From positions 160,001-224,000 of the forward strand of contig CAWEJX010000004.1 of the NCBI GenBank assembly GCA_963809485.1: 64,000 bases of DNA, given 5' to 3'. Source of the stretch: an uncultured Acidobacteriota bacterium. Lineage in GTDB: Bacteria; Acidobacteriota; UBA6911. Within the stretch, counting starts at the first letter, position 1. Every line of letters begins with the position of its first letter. Both the position numbers and the translations under genes were made by a program. The notes below the pieces were generated by a model. The model was not told the DNA's origin and ran no database searches. It saw nothing but the letters and a program-made list of their open reading frames with translations. Shown here piece after piece: positions 30,469-41,887 of the stretch.

Positions 30469-33313
30469 ATGAGAATTCCATCGGCCGCCGCTTTGTCCGT
30501 TTTTGCATTCTTTGCCTTGTTCGCCTGTTCCCGGCAGCCGGAGAAGACCGGATCCGCCATGAAAACGCTGAAAATCGAGCCGCTGAAGTTTACCGAGCGC
30601 ACATTGCCCAACGGACTGCGCGTCTATGCAATGCCTGACACGAATACGGCGAACGTATCGGTACAGGTCTGGTATGACGTGGGTTCGAAGGACGATCCGG
30701 CCGGCCGGTCGGGCTTCGCGCATCTCTTCGAACACATCATGTTCAAAGCGACACGCAACATGCCCGCGGAGATGCTCGACCGCCTGACGGAAGATGTCGG
30801 CGGCGAAAACAACGCATCCACCGGGGACGACTTTACGAACTACTACGAAGTCGTCCCGGCCAACCACCTCGAGCGGTTGTTGTGGGCGGAGGCCGAACGG
30901 ATGGGCTCCCTTGTCGTCGATAAGGCGATTTTTCTTTCCGAGCGCGATGTCGTGAAGGAGGAATTCCGCCAGCGCGTCCTGGCCTCCCCCTACGGCAAGC
31001 TTTTTCTCTATCTACCTCAGACCAATTTCTCCGTGCATCCGTACGGGCGCCCGGGCATCGGCTCGATCAAGGATCTGGACGCGGCCACGATCGAGGACGT
31101 GCGGGCCTTTCACGCCACGTACTATCGACCGGACAATGCGGTGCTGGTCGTTTCCGGAAATTTCGATCCCTCTCAACTTGACGGGTGGATCCATAAATAT
31201 TTCGGACCGATCCCCGCACCGAAACGGCCGATCCCCCGCGTAACGGCCAAAGAACCGGCGCGCACCGCTCCGCGCGCATACACCGTCTACGAACCAAACA
31301 CCCCGCTGCCCGCGGTATCGGTTTCCTATCCGTCCCCGGAAGCGTTGAGCCCCGACCAGGCGGCGCTGAGCGTGCTCGACGCCATCCTGTCCAAGGGCGA
31401 AAGCTCGAGGCTCTACCAGTCGATGGTGTACACACAGCAGATCGCGACGGAGGTGTTCACCCTCTATGATCCGACACGCGATGCGGGCGCCTACAGCCTG
31501 ATAGCGATCCTGAGCGAGGGCAAACCGGCGGATGACGGCCTCAAGTCTTTAAGCGCCGAGATCGCGCGCGTCCGCGACGGCGCGGTCACCGCAGCCGAGC
31601 TCGATGAAGCGAAGAACGAGCTGGTCTCCGAAACCCTGCGCGGCCGCGAGACGGCGTTCGGCCGGGCTATGGAGCTGGCAAATTCGGTGATGCGCTACCG
31701 CGACGCCAGGCACGCCGACAAGTTGCTGGACGAGATCCAGACCGTCAGGGCGGAGGACGTTCATCGGGTGGCGAGGAGGGTGATTGACGACGGCAAGCAG
31801 GTGACAATCCGTTATCTGCCGGAGGAGGCCAAACCGCCGGGCGTCGGAAGCGACGCGATCGCGTCAGCGGCAACCATTCAAGCCCAGAAGCTCGACATCC
31901 CACAGGATGAGATCCCATCCTATGTTCTTGCGCCGGAAGCCGAGCGCGCGAAGCCGCCGGCGCCGGCTGCACCCGTAGCGGCAAAACTTCCCGCTCCGTG
32001 GAGCGCAAGCTTGCCAATGGTTTACGCGTCATTATCGCGCCCAGACGCGGTCTGCCGCTCGTCAGCGCCGAATTGCGCGTATTGTCGGGATCGAGCAGCG
32101 ATCCAACCGGCAAAGGCGGACTCGCCTCATTTGCGGCCGACCTGCTGACCAAAGGCACGAAAACACGCAGCGCCACGGAAATCGCGCGCCAGATCGAGTC
32201 GCTCGGCGCTCTGCTGTCGGCCTCGGCCGGCCCGGACAGTTCGGGCGTTTCGCTCGAAACGCGCGCAGACCGCGCCGCCGATGCCTTCACGATTATGGCT
32301 GACGTCGCGCGCAATCCCGCCTTTGCGGCTGCTGAGGTCGAGCGTCGGCGCCAGCAGGCCCTCGACGAATTGCGGGTGGACCTGCGGCGTCCGGGCGCCG
32401 TGGCCGGATTTGCCCTGACCCGCCTGCTATTCGGCGACGGCCCTTACGGCAGCGTCGCTTCGCCGGCGAGTATCGCCGCAATCAAACCGGAGGATGCCAA
32501 GCGGCTATCATGCCGCTTATTGGCGGCCCGACAACGCGTTGCTCGTCATCTCGGGGGACGTATCCCCTGAAGAGGGATTTAAACTGGCCGAGCGGTTCTT
32601 CGGAGACTGGGCGAAACCGGGCACGCCGCTTGCGGCCGAGCCGAACGTGGCGCTATTCGCAGACGAGCGGCGCGCCGTCGCAATCGATCTGCCGAAATCC
32701 GGCCAGGCAGCCGTGGGTTTTGCGGTGCTCGGCGTTTCGCGCTCAGATCCGGATTACTTCCCGGCGCTGGTGATCAACTCGGTCCTGGGTGGCGGGTATT
32801 CCGCGCGTCTGAATCAGGAAATACGCATCAAGCGCGGGCTTTCTTACGGCGCCAGGATCCATCCTCCCGCAGCGGCTGGCGCCCGGGCCGATCACAGCCC
32901 TTACGCAGACGCGCAACGACGCCGCGGTGCAGGTGGTCGAACTGATGGAGCAGGAACTTGCCAAACTCGGTCAGTCGGATACGCCTGCAGCCGAGTTCGA
33001 GGCACGCAAGGCAAATCTGATCGGCTCGTTCGGGCGCGAAGTTGAGACGGCATCGGGATTGTCGGGGCAACTTGCTCTTTTGGCGACCTTCGGCCTGCCG
33101 CTGGACAGGCTGCAATCCTATGTCGCCGACGTGCAGTCCGTAGCTGCACCGCATTCAAGGGCGGTTGCAGCCCGGCTCTTCGATCCAAAGAAGGCCACGA
33201 TGGTGGTCGTGGGCGATGGCGCGATCTTCTTCCAGGCGCTTAAGAAGAAGCGCGCGGATGTCGAACGAATCCCGATCGACAAGCTCAACCTCGACAGCGC
33301 GGATTTGAGATAA
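30469..33313 (+). CDS. M16 (pitrilysin-family) zinc peptidase, lipoprotein (frameshifts ~31997, ~32497, ~32860)
   Basis: LFAC lipobox, GFAHLFEH (HxxEH), ERDVVKEE, HPYGRP, YYRPDNA, LGGGYSARLNQEIRIKRGLSYG. Confidence 0.88.
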
Positions 33314-33372
33314 ATAGTCTTCCCATTGCAGAGGATGGCTCGTGGCATCCTGACTATTGTCACTATTCAATT

Positions 33373-33413
33373 GTCAGCGTTCGTCGGCGATTTTTTCAGC
33401 GTCTGTCAGCGTT
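33373..33413 (+). repeat. Four-unit TC(A/G)GCG phased array
   Basis: tcagcgttcg tcggcgattttt tcagcgtctg tcagcgtt (10-12-10), between convergent genes. Confidence 0.7.
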
Positions 33414-33445
33414 GAACGATCGCTCCCCCCAATCATGGATATCGA

Positions 33446-33994
33446 CTATTGCTTGGGCGCGTTCTCGATAACGATCGGCTTGCCGGTCAGGTTTACGCTT
33501 AAAGTGTGGACCCAGCGGTATCTCCCATTTACCAGCCGGAATGTGTGGGAATCGGGCATGCCGTTTTCTCCTCCGAAGCGGCAGAATACGTTGACGGTCC
33601 CCATCTCTTCATCTACTAAAAAGGTCCGTTGCGTAATAAAGAGTTCTCCGAGAGGAGCATCAACTTTGCATGTGTCCTTGTATTCATTCTTGGGGTTGGT
33701 ATATGCGCCTCCCTCAAGCCGGGCGCACGGCGTCCCCCAGGGCGCCCGTACATACTTGTCCAGGAATACAAAATCAAAATACTGGTTGCCGCCAACGATT
33801 GCTATTCGAATCGAGTGCTGCACCCAACCGCAGAAACGAGCAACTTCCTGCTTTGATATTTCGAAATCCCGGCAAAGCATATTCGCCAGAGGACAGCGGC
33901 TGTCCGTTGGCGAGCTTTGAAGGTATTCCCTATATCCTAATATAGGAATCCATCCGTCTGGAAAATATTGCGATGAGGCCGATCTTACGGACAC
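33446..33994 (-). pseudogene. Probably N-terminally truncated conserved hypothetical protein
   Basis: C-terminal ~115 aa look conserved (PWGTPCARLEGGAYT, VDEEMG, PDSHTFRL...VHT); N-terminus lacks a convincing start or signal peptide. Confidence 0.5.
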
Positions 33995-34226
33995 GCGCAG
34001 GGCAAGCTGGCTATACAGATAGCTTTAATGTAGAATTGGAGACAGATGCCGTCAGGGGACTTGTTTAACCGACGGATACAGCTGGCAAAGCACCTGAAAT
34101 GCAGCAACTGGCAGGCTGCAATCCGGACTGCAGCCTATGTCGATAACACAGTCGAATGTGCGCTGCGGCTTCGAATCTCACGGTTCAGCGTGAATTGACG
34201 CCGTTCTCTTTGGAGGCAAGTGAAAC

Positions 34227-35003
34227 TTGAACAGTCCTGTAAGGCGGTTTTTTGCATCGACTGCGATTCTGGCAATTCTGATATTTGTCCTACCATCCCA
34301 TGCTGCAGAAAAAAGCGTTGAATCTGCCGCGGAGAAGGAAGGCGTGTCATGGACAAAGATATTGTACCAGTCCGGCCTCTTCCTGACGTTGCAGAGTGGA
34401 GTTCGCATCATTTACGAGGAGGAAACCCGTCGTGATATGGCCGGACCATTTTGGAAGGACTACTTCGAGTCGGTGCGCGGCCTGCACGGATGGGATGATG
34501 GAGATCCCTTCGCGGTCAATTACCTCGGCCATCCCTGGATGGGAGCGGTCGCCGGCAGGATATTCGTTAATAACGACCCGAAGGGCAGGGATTTTACCTT
34601 CAGCAACAGTAAGCCTTACTGGAAAAGCAGGCTGAAAGCGCTCGGCTGGAGCGCGATATATTCCACAACATTTGAACTCAGCCCAATGGGTGAAGCGGCG
34701 CTGGGGAATATCGGGGGTGAACCCTGGCCCGACGGCATGACTTATGGAGACCTGGTTGTTACTCCTGTCGTGGGCACAGGAATTCTTATCACGGAAGACC
34801 TCGGAGACCGGTACATTATCAGTTGGCTGGAACGACGTGCGGACTGGGTCCCCCTGATGGCTGCAACCCGGACGATCCTCAATCCCTCCCGCACAATGTC
34901 AAACCTTTTCCGTTTCAAGTGGCCCTGGCATCGCGATTCCCGGCCCGGCTGTCGGGCGATCCGCCAGATGAATCGATCGATAGCCGATGCCCGCGGGGAT
35001 TGA
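34227..35003 (+). CDS. Exported/membrane hypothetical protein (DUF3943-like)
   Basis: Signal peptide; WDDGDPFAVNYLGHPWMG, YSTTFE, DLVVTPVVG. Confidence 0.65.
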   Translation: MNSPVRRFFASTAILAILIFVLPSHAAEKSVESAAEKEGVSWTKILYQSGLFLTLQSGVRIIYEEETRRDMAGPFWKDYFESVRGLHGWDDGDPFAVNYLGHPWMGAVAGRIFVNNDPKGRDFTFSNSKPYWKSRLKALGWSAIYSTTFELSPMGEAALGNIGGEPWPDGMTYGDLVVTPVVGTGILITEDLGDRYIISWLERRADWVPLMAATRTILNPSRTMSNLFRFKWPWHRDSRPGCRAIRQMNRSIADARGD

Positions 35004-35116
35004 GGCTATTTAACGCTGACACACGCCAACCTACGGAGCCTCAGCGTTCGTCGACCATTATCAGTGTAAGTCAGCGTTATTCTGCTTCTTACGGCCCATC
35101 GTCGATGCGGGAAAGC

Positions 35117-37375
35117 CTAAGTCCTGCCTAAGGCTTTCAGCACTTTGTCCGGTGTTACCGGCGGGAAGATCCATTGTCCGATGGCATTGGCCACGGCGCA
35201 AACGGGAAGCAGAGGAGCGGCCATGCAGTGGCTGATGCCTGTCGCTCCATAGCAGGCGTTCCCCGATCGGGTTTCAACGGCATAGGTTTCGATCGGCCCA
35301 AAATCCAGCATCGTGGGCTTCTTATACTCCCACATGTTCGTGCTGAGCTTAACACCCGTCGCCTTGTCGAAAATCCACTCCTCGGATAATCCCCCTCCAT
35401 GACTGAAGAACATCGCCTGATGTAACTGGCCCTCAAACGACGTCATCCTCAGCACCTTGCCCGGATCACAGACGACCACATATTTGGTCACCTCCACCGC
35501 CCCGGTTTCGGGATCCACCGCCACCTCGCAGAAGCTCGTATTCATGACATCGAGGACTTTCCCGCCCTTGTGCCACGTGGTTTCCGGCGGTCTCCCGAAG
35601 AACGTCGCCGTGATATCCAGGTCATGATCGCCGAAGCCTTCATCCGCGATAAATTTCCCGAACGGGATGGATTGGCTGGGATCAGACTTCAGGTAAACCA
35701 TTGTGTCCCTTGTCTCAAGATCCTCAGGTTTGGCTTTGAATTTTGGGGCAGCCAGCTCCAGCAGCAGTTTTTTGCAGGCTACGGCCGCCTCTTTCATGAC
35801 CCAGGCGGATGCCGAAGTGCCGTCGCTCCCTCCCCCAACGGGAGTGAAAATGGCCTTGTTGTCATAAAGGAGAATCACATCCTCGATTTTTGCGCCCAAC
35901 TCCTCGGCGACGACCAGTGCGCAGGCATCGGCAGCGTAGACGCCAATCCAGGGTCCTTTGAGAGGCACATAGACTTTGTTGTCTGCCTGAATGGTGACCG
36001 TTGCCGTGTATGGTTGCTGGGCGTGGCGGGGAGACTGGGCGTACCGGAAGCTCAAGCCGTGCAGCCTGCCGTCGGCGAGCTTCTTCGTCCCAGCCGGATG
36101 CCACTTCCAGTTCATGGCCTGCTTGCCTTTTTCGATGCATTGCTGCAAGCCGGGAGGGACTCCGGGATCGGTCTGCGAAGCGGGACCGTGGACGTTTTTC
36201 AGAGCGATGTCCGTCGGGTCCATGCCAAGTTTTTCCGCCACGAGCTGTTCGGCTATGGTCATGGCGTCCCAATTAAACGGAGATGTCTGGCTGCCGGTGT
36301 TTTTGCCCGAACTCGTGTATACTCCCTGGGCATCGCTTCTAAGATTGACACAGCGGGTGGTATTGAACGGACTGAACATGGCTTCAAAGGCTCCCATGGC
36401 AAAAGCGCGCGCATTTTTGCCCGGAGCCCCCTGATCCCCGATCTGGCTCTCATAGACCGCCGTAATCGTCCCGTCATTTTTGAATCCGACTTTTGTGTGC
36501 ATGTAGCGCTGCGGATTTGAAGGATAGAAGTCGTTCTGCCTGGTATTCATGCACCGGACGGGCCGCCCCGTCCTCCTTGCCAGCAAAGGCGTAATGTAGG
36601 CGGCGCGGCGGATGAACCAGTCGCAGTACTTGCCGCCCTGGAAGGTGGTTCCGCGGTAGAGCTTATCGAAGGTGACGTTGTACATGGGACGAAGCTCAAA
36701 CGAACCCCACGTAGGGCTTATGCCCTCGATATAGAGCGTCGGGCCATCAACTCCCAACGGATCCTGAGCCCACCACGAGACGCTCCCGTTCGGATTCGGG
36801 ATATGCGAAGCCATGAGCGCCTGAGCCCAGTCGAATTCGACAATGTGGTCCGCCACTTTGAAACCGGCCTCAACATCCCCCGTGGTGAACGGTTTGGAGG
36901 CAAGGTCCTTGGGATCGATGCGAACGACCGGTGCGCCGGCCTTCAGACCATCCCGGGGATCCACCACGGTCGGCAGCACTTCCCATTCCACCTGGATCCG
37001 CTTCAGCGCCTCATCGCAGATTTCCGGGGTTACGGCGACAACTACCGCGCCTATTTCTTCGTCTTCGGTATCCGATTCGTCAATAAGCAGCGGCTCCCGG
37101 GTTCCTTTCATGTTCAGGATATCCGGATCGTCCCAGGTAAGGATATCCACCACTCCTTCCAGCGCTTTGGCTTTGCTGATATCGATGCTCTTGATCTTTG
37201 CCCGGCCATAGGGATTCCTGAGGAATTTGGCATGAAGCATGTCCGGCACGACATAATCGCTGCCGAATTTTGCTCTGCCTGTGGCGATGGTATACGACAG
37301 CCTGCCGGGCACATTCGTCCTGCCGACGGCTATAAATTCCGTTCTCTGTCCATTGCTGCCAACTATATCTGCCAT
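35117..37375 (-). CDS. Xanthine dehydrogenase-family molybdopterin-binding large subunit
   Basis: ATGRAKFGSD, LRNPYGRAKIKSID, AEKLGMDP, VAEELG, EVAVDPETGAVEV, PVTPDKVLKAL. Confidence 0.9.
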   Translation of the reverse strand: MADIVGSNGQRTEFIAVGRTNVPGRLSYTIATGRAKFGSDYVVPDMLHAKFLRNPYGRAKIKSIDISKAKALEGVVDILTWDDPDILNMKGTREPLLIDESDTEDEEIGAVVVAVTPEICDEALKRIQVEWEVLPTVVDPRDGLKAGAPVVRIDPKDLASKPFTTGDVEAGFKVADHIVEFDWAQALMASHIPNPNGSVSWWAQDPLGVDGPTLYIEGISPTWGSFELRPMYNVTFDKLYRGTTFQGGKYCDWFIRRAAYITPLLARRTGRPVRCMNTRQNDFYPSNPQRYMHTKVGFKNDGTITAVYESQIGDQGAPGKNARAFAMGAFEAMFSPFNTTRCVNLRSDAQGVYTSSGKNTGSQTSPFNWDAMTIAEQLVAEKLGMDPTDIALKNVHGPASQTDPGVPPGLQQCIEKGKQAMNWKWHPAGTKKLADGRLHGLSFRYAQSPRHAQQPYTATVTIQADNKVYVPLKGPWIGVYAADACALVVAEELGAKIEDVILLYDNKAIFTPVGGGSDGTSASAWVMKEAAVACKKLLLELAAPKFKAKPEDLETRDTMVYLKSDPSQSIPFGKFIADEGFGDHDLDITATFFGRPPETTWHKGGKVLDVMNTSFCEVAVDPETGAVEVTKYVVVCDPGKVLRMTSFEGQLHQAMFFSHGGGLSEEWIFDKATGVKLSTNMWEYKKPTMLDFGPIETYAVETRSGNACYGATGISHCMAAPLLPVCAVANAIGQWIFPPVTPDKVLKALGRT

Positions 37376-37622
37376 ATTCTCGCCTCACCCACCAAATTAT
37401 TAGCGCTGGTTATGCGAGCGATTGTACTACGGAATACGGGATTGGGGTCGAGAAGTCTTCGGTTGGATCCCAAAGCCATCGAGCCAGGGTGCAGCAGAAG
37501 CTTGCCTTGGGCAAACTAGCTGAGTTTCCCCAGCAATCCCGCAGCTCAAACCCGCACTTCGCCGGTTGTGTTATCCCGCAACCGGCCATAAAATGTCCGG
37601 CGATCTTAACATGGAGATGAAG

Positions 37623-38216
37623 ATGGCCAATCGCGCTGTCAGGGTGATCCTAATAGCCTTCATCGTTCTTGTTCTTCTGGCCATGATCGCCACCGCTTAT
37701 TACTTTGCCAGGGTGAAGCCCCTGATCCGGGCAGGCAAAGAGCAGGGCGTTTATTCCACCGTGCCGGAGCGTCCCCAGGTGGGCGGATTCGGATTTGCGG
37801 CTGAAAGCAGCCCGGGAAAAACAATTGCAGACCTCCGGGGCAAGGTCGTAGTCGTTGACGTCTGGGCCACATGGTGCCCGACCTGCATTTACACCATTCC
37901 CAGCATCGTCGCATTGCGCAACAAGTATCCCGCCGAATCCGTTGAAATTATCGGGCTGAATGTTGATGATGAAGGATGGGTTAAAGCAAAGCCGTTGCTT
38001 TTGAAACATCCGAAAATCAACTACACGATAGCCCTGCCGTCCCCTGCCCCTTCCTTTCTCCTGCAGTCGATTGTTGATCTGAAACCGCTTGGGGAGGTCT
38101 CCGCAATCCCGACTGTTTTTGTGATAGATCGGCAGGGCAGGCTTGCCGGGAAATTCATCGAAACGGGCCATGAACATGAAATCGACAACCTGGTTGCCAG
38201 CCTGCTCAACGAATGA
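37623..38216 (+). CDS. TlpA/ResA-family thiol-disulfide oxidoreductase, membrane-anchored
   Basis: GKVVVVDVWATWCPTC, IPTVFVIDRQG; start uncertain. Confidence 0.88.
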   Translation: MANRAVRVILIAFIVLVLLAMIATAYYFARVKPLIRAGKEQGVYSTVPERPQVGGFGFAAESSPGKTIADLRGKVVVVDVWATWCPTCIYTIPSIVALRNKYPAESVEIIGLNVDDEGWVKAKPLLLKHPKINYTIALPSPAPSFLLQSIVDLKPLGEVSAIPTVFVIDRQGRLAGKFIETGHEHEIDNLVASLLNE

Positions 38217-38433
38217 ATGCTATGAGCGGAGGATCTAACCGATTGTATGCTTTTTGTTTGGCCGTCTTCCCATTCATTTTCAGTGCGGACAACTCGCTTC
38301 TTCTGTTTTGCTGAGGACGGGTCTCCGGCAGCCGTCCGCTGGATCCTCACTGGTGATTTGCCAGATAGGCTGAGGCCGTAATAGACTGGTATTGTCCTCA
38401 AAACGCACGAGCCTTAAGAATGAAAGGAAACGC

Positions 38434-39240
38434 ATGATTATCAAAACAATCCCCATTCCAAGCATGGACCAGGCATTTTCCGTAAAAGGCAAGAACGTTA
38501 TTGTTACCGGAGGCAACCGGGGCATCGGTTTCGGCATCAGCACCGCTTATGCCCAGAGCGGCGCAAATGTGGCGATCCTCTGTCGAAACAAGGGGAGCGG
38601 CGACAAAGCCGTCCAGGAACTCGACAAATACGGAACCACCTGCATATGCGTACCGTGCGACGTGGGTCAGGCGCAGGAAGTAAAGACGGCCGTGGACAAG
38701 GTCTTCGAAAAATTTTCCATGGTCGATGTGCTCATAAACAACGCCGGCACTTCGACCGTTTCCCAATTCCTGGATGACAAGGACCTCAAGGAATGGCACC
38801 GCATCATCAATACAAATCTTAACGGCCCGGCTCATACGATTTATGAAGTTGTTCCCCGCATGATAAAGGCAGGCAAGGGTGGAAGCGTCATCAATATTTC
38901 TTCAACCGGAGGACAGAACCTCGGAGGAGCCAGAACGCACCCGATGTCCCCCTATCATGTCTCAAAAGCGGCTCTGGATATGTTCACACGCAATATGGCC
39001 ATCGAATTCGGCGACTATGGCATTCGCGTGAATGCGATTGCGCCCGGCCCGACGCATTCCGATCTGGACAAAGACCTGCCGCCGGATGCGTTTGAAAAGT
39101 TTGAAAAGCTCATGCCGATGCACCGTTTTGCGGAACCGATTGAGATCGGCGCCCTGTGCGTGTTCCTCTCCTCGCCGGCCGGCAATCAAATTACAGGGAC
39201 GGTCGTGGTCCACGACGGCGGTCTGCTCTTAATCGCCTAA
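38434..39240 (+). CDS. Classical SDR oxidoreductase
   Basis: TGGNRGIG, NNAG, YHVSK, IRVNAIAPG. Confidence 0.92.
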   Translation: MIIKTIPIPSMDQAFSVKGKNVIVTGGNRGIGFGISTAYAQSGANVAILCRNKGSGDKAVQELDKYGTTCICVPCDVGQAQEVKTAVDKVFEKFSMVDVLINNAGTSTVSQFLDDKDLKEWHRIINTNLNGPAHTIYEVVPRMIKAGKGGSVINISSTGGQNLGGARTHPMSPYHVSKAALDMFTRNMAIEFGDYGIRVNAIAPGPTHSDLDKDLPPDAFEKFEKLMPMHRFAEPIEIGALCVFLSSPAGNQITGTVVVHDGGLLLIA

Positions 39241-39457
39241 TGAGGAGGATTTGGAAACGGTTTCATGAAATCCGGTGCTCTCCAATGCCGTAATGCGCGG
39301 ACCCTCACCAACCATCAGCGCTTTTCAGCGCCGTTGTGGGTGCAGGTCAGGATTGCCGGGCCAAAGGTATGTTATTGTTTCCGGCTTCATTTTTCTCGAT
39401 AATTATGGCCGAATTTGATTTATGCTTAGCCTATAGCCCTGCTAAGGAGATCGGACC

Positions 39458-40183
39458 ATGGCTGAATCGAAGACAGGCGAAAAAAAGAAGAAACAGGTTT
39501 TAAGACGTGAATTCCTGGTTGGCGGCGGAGCGGCCATCGCGGCCGGCGCCCTGACGGTATGCGCCCCTGAATCCGCAGCCCTGGCAGAACCGGTGCCCGC
39601 GGCGGCAACGGTTTCATACGAGCCGTCGGCCGGGTACATCGTCTATGACAGCAGGCTCTGTCTTGGCTGTCAGAGCTGCATGTTTGCCTGCTCGATGACG
39701 CATGAGGGCGAAGGGAATCCCTCGGTATCCAGAATCCAGATCATTCGCGACGCCCCGTCATTCACAAAATACCCCTACGACATCGTCATGTCGGTATGCA
39801 GGCAGTGTGTCACCCCGTTGTGTGTCCAGAATTGCCCAACGGGTGCATGTCATGTGGATGCCGCCAACGGCAACGTCCGGAGGATCGACGAAAAGAAATG
39901 CATCGGCTGCAAGCGGTGCATCAACTCCTGTCCCCAAAGACCGCACCGGACGATCTGGAATGCGGCCAAGAAAAAATCCACGAAATGCGACCTGTGCACC
40001 GATGCTCCTTATTGGAGCCAGAAGGGCGGTCCGGACGGACACCAGGCCTGCGTTGAAAACTGCCCCGCGAAGGCCCTCAAGCTGGTGAAAGAGCCACCGC
40101 CACAAATGGATGTTGCGGGATATGACGTGAATCTAGCTCCGCCCCCGGCGAAGAAAGCCGCCCCGCCCAAAATAGTGCAATAG
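39458..40183 (+). CDS. 4Fe-4S dicluster protein (DmsB/HydN-like) with Tat-like leader
   Basis: RREFL leader; CLGCQSC, CRQC..P.C...CP, CIGCKRC...CP, KCDLC...ACV..CP. Confidence 0.85.
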   Translation: MAESKTGEKKKKQVLRREFLVGGGAAIAAGALTVCAPESAALAEPVPAAATVSYEPSAGYIVYDSRLCLGCQSCMFACSMTHEGEGNPSVSRIQIIRDAPSFTKYPYDIVMSVCRQCVTPLCVQNCPTGACHVDAANGNVRRIDEKKCIGCKRCINSCPQRPHRTIWNAAKKKSTKCDLCTDAPYWSQKGGPDGHQACVENCPAKALKLVKEPPPQMDVAGYDVNLAPPPAKKAAPPKIVQ

Positions 40184-40251
40184 CAGCCCCAGGGACGCCT
40201 GCTGCGCTTCTTCCGCGCCGGCGATGCGGTGGTTTACCAAAGTGAATCGTT

Positions 40252-41661
40252 TTAGCGCTTTCTCAAATCCTCGATAATCTCCCGGTATTCACGCCTTATT
40301 CTCAAGGGATCGAGGTCCGGGCTGCTTTCCAGCGTTCCGATGTCCCGGTACCCTTTTGCGACTGCATTTCTCAATGCCTCTATCGCCTGTTTCACTCTGC
40401 CGCCCAGGCTTTGCGCGCGGGCGAGATGAAAAAAAACCTGCGGATTGTCCGGCTGAATCTGCGTCATTAATTCCAGCCGGAGTGCCGCAGATGCATAGTC
40501 CCGCCTTTCGAAAGCGTCTGAGGCATCCGCGTTCAGCACGATCCAGAATTGAGTGAGGACGCGAATCCCGGCAATGCGGGCGATCCCATCTTTCTTCTGA
40601 TCGGCTTCACCTCTGATACGGGAAAGACTGGTCCGGAGTTCCCGGGTGGCGTCCAGAGGATCTCTGCCTGCTTTCACATTTTCAAAAAGAAGCGAAAGAT
40701 CCCTGACAGTGATTTTCTGCCTCTTCTCGACATCCTTTTCCAGCGCGCGGGATTTCCTGACCTCTTTAGCTGAATTCAGCTGCTTTGCTTTCATCTCAAC
40801 GGCGGTCACATCTCTCAGTCCGGAAAAGCCTTCATGCGCTGCAGAATAGCGCTCCAGGGATGCATCCTGCCGCCCTTGCCTTTCCAGTGTTTCGGCTTCT
40901 TCCACGGTCTTCGCATAAATCTTTTCGATCAAAGACGCATCTCTGCCGCGTAGCCCCGCTTTCATTGCCTGGAGTTCCAGCCATTCAACAGCGTGAGTGC
41001 ACACATTTTCCGGCGGCCACTCGTGACCACCGGAAAATGTCTCGAATTGGCGGGGAACCCTTAATCCTGCGAGTACCCGGTCCAACTCCCGGAGTTCAGG
41101 AAAATTGAAATCCTCAAAACCCGCGGCGAGGTACACCGCGAACGGGGTTGCCGCAGTCGGAGGGAGGTCCGGAGGAAAGCCCGCGCCAAAAGCAGCGATG
41201 CCGGCAACTTTCCCCTTCATGGCAAACCCGACCTCAACGGCAGCGCGGGCGCCGCCGGAAAAACCGGTCAGATAGAACCTCTGCGTATTGATGGAAAATC
41301 GAAGCTGGGTATCGCGGAGCATGGCGTTGACGGCCGCTTCAACGATCTTGACAGGGCCATTCCGCGAATTGTTGGATCCCGCCAGGATATAGCCGTATTT
41401 CTCGGCAGCTTCCCTGAAACGCTGAACGGGCATCAGGCCCCGGGCGCCCGGGTCCAACGCATAAAGGATAGGCCATTTCCTGTCCGGCACATAGCCGTAA
41501 GGCAAATAAAGGGCATAGGTCTGCGCTGGATCGGCCTGGCAGGCAACTGTCTCCAGAATTTGACCGCGGGGCAATTCCTGGCCTGCGAGCAGCGGTCCGA
41601 TGAACAGAAAATAAACAAGCCGGAGATTCAGTTGGATCAGCCTGAAGCTGCGCTTTTTCAT
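40252..41661 (-). CDS. Alpha/beta-hydrolase-like protein with C-terminal TPR region
   Basis: YALYLP, SNNSRNGP, GFSGG nucleophile elbow, GGHEWPP, TPR-like C-terminus. Confidence 0.75.
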   Translation of the reverse strand: MKKRSFRLIQLNLRLVYFLFIGPLLAGQELPRGQILETVACQADPAQTYALYLPYGYVPDRKWPILYALDPGARGLMPVQRFREAAEKYGYILAGSNNSRNGPVKIVEAAVNAMLRDTQLRFSINTQRFYLTGFSGGARAAVEVGFAMKGKVAGIAAFGAGFPPDLPPTAATPFAVYLAAGFEDFNFPELRELDRVLAGLRVPRQFETFSGGHEWPPENVCTHAVEWLELQAMKAGLRGRDASLIEKIYAKTVEEAETLERQGRQDASLERYSAAHEGFSGLRDVTAVEMKAKQLNSAKEVRKSRALEKDVEKRQKITVRDLSLLFENVKAGRDPLDATRELRTSLSRIRGEADQKKDGIARIAGIRVLTQFWIVLNADASDAFERRDYASAALRLELMTQIQPDNPQVFFHLARAQSLGGRVKQAIEALRNAVAKGYRDIGTLESSPDLDPLRIRREYREIIEDLRKR

Positions 41662-41887
41662 AAAAGCCCGACTGGAGGATTGGGAGTGCGCATGGGCCTG
41701 CCTCTTGTGCCCTAATCATAACAGCGATCCGGCGTAATAGGGACGTCATTCATCATGCTGCGCAGCGGTGCCGGCTTTTAGCTCTGGCTTTGGAGATCGC
41801 TTCTCCAGGGGCATAAGATGAGTCTCCATTCTCGGCTATTCAAGATTATGGGATTCCGCTAAAATAGGCCTCAACCACCGAAACGCT

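Noticed and set aside
29296-32148. 950-aa ORF appearing to fuse a tannase to an M16 peptidase
   Set aside because: Frameshift artefact: the tannase ends at TGA 30414-30416 in another frame, and the peptidase has its own RBS, ATG (30469) and lipobox.
33373-33413. Short TCAGCG repeat arrays as a CRISPR array
   Set aside because: Units are 6-8 nt with 2-6 nt linkers, there are no unique spacers of CRISPR length, and no cas genes are present.
33990-34140. c-di-GMP-I riboswitch-like GGCAAA segments
   Set aside because: The expected P2/P3 stems and GCAAAG context could not be assembled.
37380-37565. Moco riboswitch upstream of the molybdoenzyme gene
   Set aside because: Only a GAAA-capped hairpin is visible and I could not match the other conserved elements; an Rfam covariance search would be needed.
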